Assembly: GCF_003334255.1 (NCBI RefSeq) | Contig: NZ_QOWU01000070.1 | Length of the DNA: 19,728 bases | Source of the DNA: Escherichia coli | GTDB lineage: Bacteria > Pseudomonadota > Gammaproteobacteria > Enterobacterales > Enterobacteriaceae | Reading direction: 5' to 3' (one strand) | Shown: in pieces, positions 15,186-19,728 of the stretch | How the letters are laid out: each line of letters begins with the position of its first letter | How positions within the stretch are numbered: the first letter of the stretch is position 1 | Position numbers and translations under genes: made by a program | Notes under the pieces: generated by a model | Told to the model about the DNA's origin: nothing | Database searches by the model: none | What the model saw: only the letters and a program-made list of their open reading frames with translations

Positions 15186-15599
15186 TCAGTGTTCACTCCA
15201 CGGGGAAACGTCGGGCAGGTTTTCCACAACACGGTACTTTCCCGGATAACGGAGCTGGTTACCGCCATGCGTCCGGACGGTGACAACAAAACCCCCTCCC
15301 TGGTTGTTTTCGGGGAGCAGGCGATCGCACTGCTCACTCAGCATGTGGATCACAAACGGCGCATCGCTGCCGTCTTCAAATACCAGTTCCAGCGCATCGC
15401 GGCCATTCAGCGTTCCCTTACTGATGATGACGTACTCAGCCCCCCGCATCTCCCTGAGTAAATGTTTTGCCGCATCCGGGACAAGCAGCCTGGCTGCGCC
15501 GGCATTCCAGCTGAGGTAGACATATCCGGCCTGCGCCTGTACAGACTGCCAGTAATCCGTTCTGGCGACAGCCTGACCTTCATTCTCAATAAAAAACAT
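15186..15599 (-). CDS. Hypothetical protein encoded directly upstream of, and co-transcribed with, the recombinase, 137 aa
   Basis: ATG at 15597-15599 with strong SD AAGGAG 7 nt upstream; stop adjacent to the recombinase start (TGATATG). Confidence 0.7.
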   Translation of the reverse strand: MFFIENEGQAVARTDYWQSVQAQAGYVYLSWNAGAARLLVPDAAKHLLREMRGAEYVIISKGTLNGRDALELVFEDGSDAPFVIHMLSEQCDRLLPENNQGGGFVVTVRTHGGNQLRYPGKYRVVENLPDVSPWSEH

Positions 15600-15682
15600 G
15601 GGTGACTCCTTTTTTCTTTTCCGGGCAGGGACGGTCATGCGATAACGTCATCCATCATCACTGCCCTTACCGTCACGCCGTC

Positions 15683-15929
15683 TGATAACATCATGCCGTT
15701 ATCATCATCACCATGATAACAAGCATCCATATAACCACGCCGTTAAATTACCGGAGAGCCGTTTCCGTCAGATCCGACTTTCCGGAATATCACAACTTTC
15801 CGGAAGTGTACCACGCTGAGAAAATAATCATATCGCTGTTTTCCGCCCCTGCGCGGCGCATCACAGGTCAGGGAGATGACACAACATATAGTGTCATCAG
15901 CAGCTGAATTCAGCACTACATATTGTGCT
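15683..15929. other. Cluster of inverted-repeat sites with 8-bp spacers; candidate recombination/resolution site for the adjacent tyrosine recombinase
   Basis: TGATAAC-ATCATGCC-GTTATCA (15683-15704); GATGACAC-AACATATA-GTGTCATC (15875-15898); AGCAC-TACATATT-GTGCT (15912-15929); plus the perfect palindrome GCTGAATTCAGC (15903-15914) and two TTTCCGGAA copies near 15779-15806. Confidence 0.4.
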
Positions 15930-16036
15930 GACAGGAGGTGGCGTTATGTGGGGGGAGAGGAAGATCCTGAACTGCCGGAAACCGGATCTGCGCGGCGGGG
16001 AACGGGCATGAAATATGATAATTAAGCAACATACAC

Positions 16037-16130
16037 AAAATCATATCAGATATGATTTTTATCATTTATGGTAAATCATATCTGATATTATAAGAATTCA
16101 ATAACCAATAAATCATATATAATATGATTT
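16037..16130. promoter_or_regulatory. Three operator-like palindromes AAATCATAT-N1-3-ATATGATTT upstream of the 16167 operon
   Basis: Perfect palindromes at 16037-16059 (11-bp arms) and 16110-16130 (9-bp arms); a degenerate copy at 16074-16090; all in an AT-rich stretch ending ~35 bp before the ATG at 16167. Confidence 0.55.
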
Positions 16131-16166
16131 TTACCTGTCAGAACATTATCAGATGGAGTGTGCAGG

Positions 16167-16424
16167 ATGGATGAAGAACGGGTGTTTTCACTCAGCTATG
16201 AACAACTGACCCGGTTTGCGGAACGACGCATCCGGGAATGCAATCTGGACAGCCAGGGCGCAATTTATCTCTGCGAGTCAGCCAAAGCCGGAGCCGTGCT
16301 GATCTTCTGGCATGAACTGGCCATAAATGGCTATGCCTCAATGAATGCCATAAAGAGACAGGAGCTCATTGACGCCGACTTTCAGCGCCTCAGAAAGCTC
16401 ATCTGGCCGGAGGATGACAGGTAA
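16167..16424 (+). CDS. Hypothetical protein, 85 aa, first gene of a two-gene operon
   Basis: ATG at 16167 with SD GGAGTG (the track begins at a GTG at 16158); stop overlaps the next start (TAATG). Confidence 0.6.
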   Translation: MDEERVFSLSYEQLTRFAERRIRECNLDSQGAIYLCESAKAGAVLIFWHELAINGYASMNAIKRQELIDADFQRLRKLIWPEDDR

Positions 16425-17014
16425 TGACCCAGAGCCGCCGACCGTCGCCACTGCAGCGGAGAGTGCTGATTGTGCTGGCTGCGCTTGATGAAAAACGGCC
16501 GGGCCCCGTGCTGACGCGGGACCTGGAACGGGTGCTGGAGCGAAGCGGGGAAGCCCCGGTCTACGGGCCAAACCTGCGCGCCTCCTGCCGTCGTCTGGAG
16601 GATGCCGGCTGGCTGCGTACCCTGCGCGCTCTAAACCTGCAGCTGGCAGTGGAGCTGACGGACGCCGGCCGGGCCGTGGCACAGCCTCTGCTGCTGGCAG
16701 AACAGGACCGCCTCCGGGAAGAACAGCGTGCGGCAGAAGTCGTCGTACTGCCGCTGGTCCCGGCAACAGGTCTGCCCGCAGACGGCACTTCTGCCACTGA
16801 TCTGGCGGTGGAGCTGAACGGCATGACGTATCAGGCCTGCCGTGGGGATTTTGTGGTGCGTCTCGACGGCAGCACCTGTCTGCAGTTATGGAATAAAGAA
16901 GGCAGAGTGGTACGCCGGGAGGGCGATCCACTGGAAGTGGCGCAGTGGCTGCAGGCCTGTCACGATGCAGGAATGGAGGTTCGTGTGCAGGTTAATGAAA
17001 GCACCAACCCGTAA
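16424..17014 (+). CDS. Hypothetical protein, 196 aa, conspicuously GC-rich relative to its neighbours, possible N-terminal HTH
   Basis: Codon third positions strongly G/C-biased in this frame (CTG, GCC, CGC), supporting plus-strand coding over the antisense ORF 16338-16931. N-terminal LQRRVLIVLAALDEKRPGPVLTRDLERVL resembles a DNA-binding helix pair. Confidence 0.6.
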   Translation: MTQSRRPSPLQRRVLIVLAALDEKRPGPVLTRDLERVLERSGEAPVYGPNLRASCRRLEDAGWLRTLRALNLQLAVELTDAGRAVAQPLLLAEQDRLREEQRAAEVVVLPLVPATGLPADGTSATDLAVELNGMTYQACRGDFVVRLDGSTCLQLWNKEGRVVRREGDPLEVAQWLQACHDAGMEVRVQVNESTNP

Positions 17015-17031
17015 AAACATGCCTGCACGGT

Positions 17032-17379
17032 TTACACATCATCCCATGGTGGCAGCCGGTTAACTTTCCTGCGCCACCAGTGGAGAGAGGCCATAAGCAG
17101 TCCGTACAAAAAACCATTCGTGATACTTATAATAATGGCCTCACCTGCTACCATTCCTGACGGCCCCCAGTAGATAAACCACATTGCACATCCCCAGGAA
17201 ATGCCCCATAAGCCCCCCGTCAGCACCGTGACCTGCCAGAACGGCATAAAGGGTAATGGCGGAAGCCGGATACCCAGCCGCCAGAGAATACGCAGAAGAG
17301 GAGGGGCATAATTGCTCCGCCACATCTTTTTGCTGTCCATCAGGGCAATGGCCCGTGCTTTTTTCTGCTCAAAGGTCAC
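17032..17379 (-). CDS. Small hydrophobic membrane protein, 115 aa
   Basis: GTG start with SD GGAGG 7 nt upstream; at least two hydrophobic, Trp/Gly-rich segments (VTVLTGGLWGISWGCAMWFIYWGPSGMVAGEAIIISITNGFLYGLLMASL). Confidence 0.6.
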   Translation of the reverse strand: MTFEQKKARAIALMDSKKMWRSNYAPPLLRILWRLGIRLPPLPFMPFWQVTVLTGGLWGISWGCAMWFIYWGPSGMVAGEAIIISITNGFLYGLLMASLHWWRRKVNRLPPWDDV

Positions 17380-17497
17380 AGGAGCACCTCCGTTCCATGA
17401 TGTAAACGTGACACAGCTTATTGTTATTGATTATTATTATCATGCTGTGATTATGTTGTCACGCACCGGTACACGATAACAATAAAGGAGAAACCAG

Positions 17498-17845
17498 ATG
17501 AAACTGGATATATCTGTAAAGTATTTACTGAAGAGCCTGATACCAAGCCTCATTATTCTTACAGTTTTTTATCTGGGATGGAAAGATAACCAGGAAAATG
17601 CAAGAATGTTTTATGCGTTCATCGGATGCATTATCAGTGCCATTACTTTTCCTTTTTCAATGAGGATAATACAGAAAATGGTAATAAGGTTTACAGGGAA
17701 AGAATTCTGGCAAAAAGACTTCTTTACAAATCCAGTTGGCGGAAGCTTAACTGCTATATTTGAATTATTCTGTTTCGTTATATCAGTTCCTGTGGTTGCC
17801 ATTTACTTAATTTTTATATTCTGCAAAGCCCTTTCAGGAAAATGA
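17498..17845 (+). CDS. Colicin immunity protein of the small E1/Ia/Ib type, 115 aa (likely colicin Ib-type)
   Basis: Strong SD AAAGGAG; small hydrophobic protein with three predicted membrane segments; convergent with and 18 bp from the end of a colicin pore-domain ORF, the classical pore-former colicin-immunity arrangement. Confidence 0.65.
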   Translation: MKLDISVKYLLKSLIPSLIILTVFYLGWKDNQENARMFYAFIGCIISAITFPFSMRIIQKMVIRFTGKEFWQKDFFTNPVGGSLTAIFELFCFVISVPVVAIYLIFIFCKALSGK

Positions 17846-17862
17846 AAGGGCATCATTATGTG

Positions 17863-18375
17863 TCAGATACCAATAAGTTTATTGACCTGCTCAATAAACT
17901 TATCATTAACAAGCGCACTCACAGCAGCCATAATAATTGCAAAACCCAGAATACCTACAGGGGTTCCCAGCATGACGGAAAACGTCCATGCTGTAACTGC
18001 TGAAGCAGCTCTTCCTGCTGCCAGTGATTCAAGTTTTACAAAAAATGGACGCCAGTTGTCCGTTTTTACAGCCTTTTGTAACTCCACAGCAACATCATAA
18101 CGATCAATAACTTTTCCGGTAAAACCAAATGCCTTACTGAACAGCTTAAAATTCTCCGCCATATGGACCTGATTAATAGCTTCCAGGGCTTTAGAAATGG
18201 CCATGCGATCTTGTATGCTATATTTCTTGTTCAGATTATTACGGAATTTATCAAAAGCGTTCAGTGCATCATCCACACTCTTAATTTGTTTCCCTTGAGA
18301 TACAGAAGCCAGCTCCTTAGAAAGTTCGGATGCTTGTTTACCCGAGTAGGCAGCCTGGCGGCTGCGGCTTGTCAT
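17863..18375 (-). pseudogene. Pore-forming colicin, C-terminal channel domain only (170 aa); N-terminal translocation and receptor domains absent
   Basis: TDNWRPFFVKLESLAAGRAASAVTAWTFSVMLGTPVGILGFAIIMAAVSALVNDKFIEQVNKLIGI matches the hydrophobic helical hairpin and C-terminal LIGI ending of channel-forming colicins as I recall them. An in-frame TAA three codons upstream of the first ATG shows the rest of the gene is missing. Confidence 0.7.
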
Positions 18376-18430
18376 GGCCTGGAATTACCGTTATAAAAAA
18401 AGATAATGTCATTGTCTTTCAGGTAGTTAT

Positions 18431-18796
18431 ATGGCCCGTTCAGCTAAACCCCGTAAACGCAAACCCGCACCACAAAGAAGCAAACTTCCCCGCTATGTTG
18501 TGAAACTTCATCCGGATGATTTTTTTGACGAAGAAGACGCTGAAGTTCTGCGCTTTGATAATTTTGACGATGCCGTTGAGTGCTGCGCTGACCTGGGTAT
18601 TCCGTTCTTTCTGGATGCAGGAAACAAAAAGCTGGTCTTCTGGTTTGTTCGTGTCGATGACGAAGGGTATCCGGAAATAGCCCGCTGTACGGAGCGGGAG
18701 TTTGCAACCATTCTTGCCGGTATCAGTGCCGGTGGTATGTACTGCCCGGAATGCGGCACAGTTCACTGGCCGGATGGCGTTACCCCACCCGTCTGA
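18431..18796 (+). CDS. Hypothetical protein, 121 aa, basic N-terminus and C-terminal CPECG motif
   Basis: ORF ending 6 bp before the inferred IS3-family terminal repeat; N-terminal KPRKRKPAPQRSK; possible zinc-ribbon-like CPECGTVHW. Confidence 0.55.
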   Translation: MARSAKPRKRKPAPQRSKLPRYVVKLHPDDFFDEEDAEVLRFDNFDDAVECCADLGIPFFLDAGNKKLVFWFVRVDDEGYPEIARCTEREFATILAGISAGGMYCPECGTVHWPDGVTPPV

Positions 18797-18802
18797 TGCT
18801 TC

Positions 18803-19728
<926 letters not shown>

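Noticed and set aside
14528-15283. 251-aa plus-strand ORF antisense to the tyrosine recombinase
   Set aside because: The minus-strand frame carries the complete recombinase catalytic signature; the antisense ORF is Arg/Gly/Pro-rich with no start signal.
16338-16931. 197-aa minus-strand ORF antisense to the GC-rich 196-aa gene
   Set aside because: High GC content produces long open frames on both strands; the plus-strand frame has the G/C-biased third positions, translational coupling to the upstream gene and a sensible start.
17380-17497. LexA-box (SOS) colicin promoter
   Set aside because: Looked for a CTG-N10-CAG type box upstream of the colicin ORF and in this spacer; none convincing. 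The colicin 5' region is absent, so its native promoter is not expected here.
17611-18100. ORFs 17611-17802 (-) and 17858-18100 (+) overlapping the immunity and colicin-domain genes
   Set aside because: Antisense to better-supported genes with strong SD or family motifs.

Overview
This window reads as a mosaic segment of an Enterobacteriaceae conjugative plasmid of the IncI-complex type, bracketed by IS remnants. No tools were run; all calls are from reading the ORF translations and DNA by eye, and protein-family names are from memory. Layout: (1) 3' remnant of an IS66-family element (about 60-295); (2) MOBP relaxosome genes nikB (545-3256, -) and nikA (3268-3600, -) with oriT at about 3642-3700; (3) a compact leading region (3.7-10.9 kb) in which nearly all genes lie on the minus strand, the orientation expected for early transcription from the incoming transferred strand, arranged behind three highly structured GC-rich elements that resemble single-stranded-DNA promoters (Frpo/ssi type). 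It carries an Rpn-family nuclease with an extra free-standing RpnS-like gene, an ArdB/KlcA-like antirestriction gene and several unknown small genes; ardA, psiB and ssb were not seen; (4) a junction near 11110 that leaves only the 3' half of impB; (5) two partition modules (stbAB actin-type and a parA/small-protein pair); (6) a tyrosine recombinase with a partner gene and candidate core sites; (7) an operator-like palindrome field in front of a two-gene operon whose second gene is conspicuously GC-rich; (8) a colicin immunity gene convergent with only the pore-forming domain of a colicin; (9) a partial IS3-family element at the right edge. The most interesting candidates for undescribed biology are the Rpn/RpnS-like arrangement, the unknown small genes directly behind the structured elements, and the operator-rich two-gene operon at 16.0-17.0 kb.
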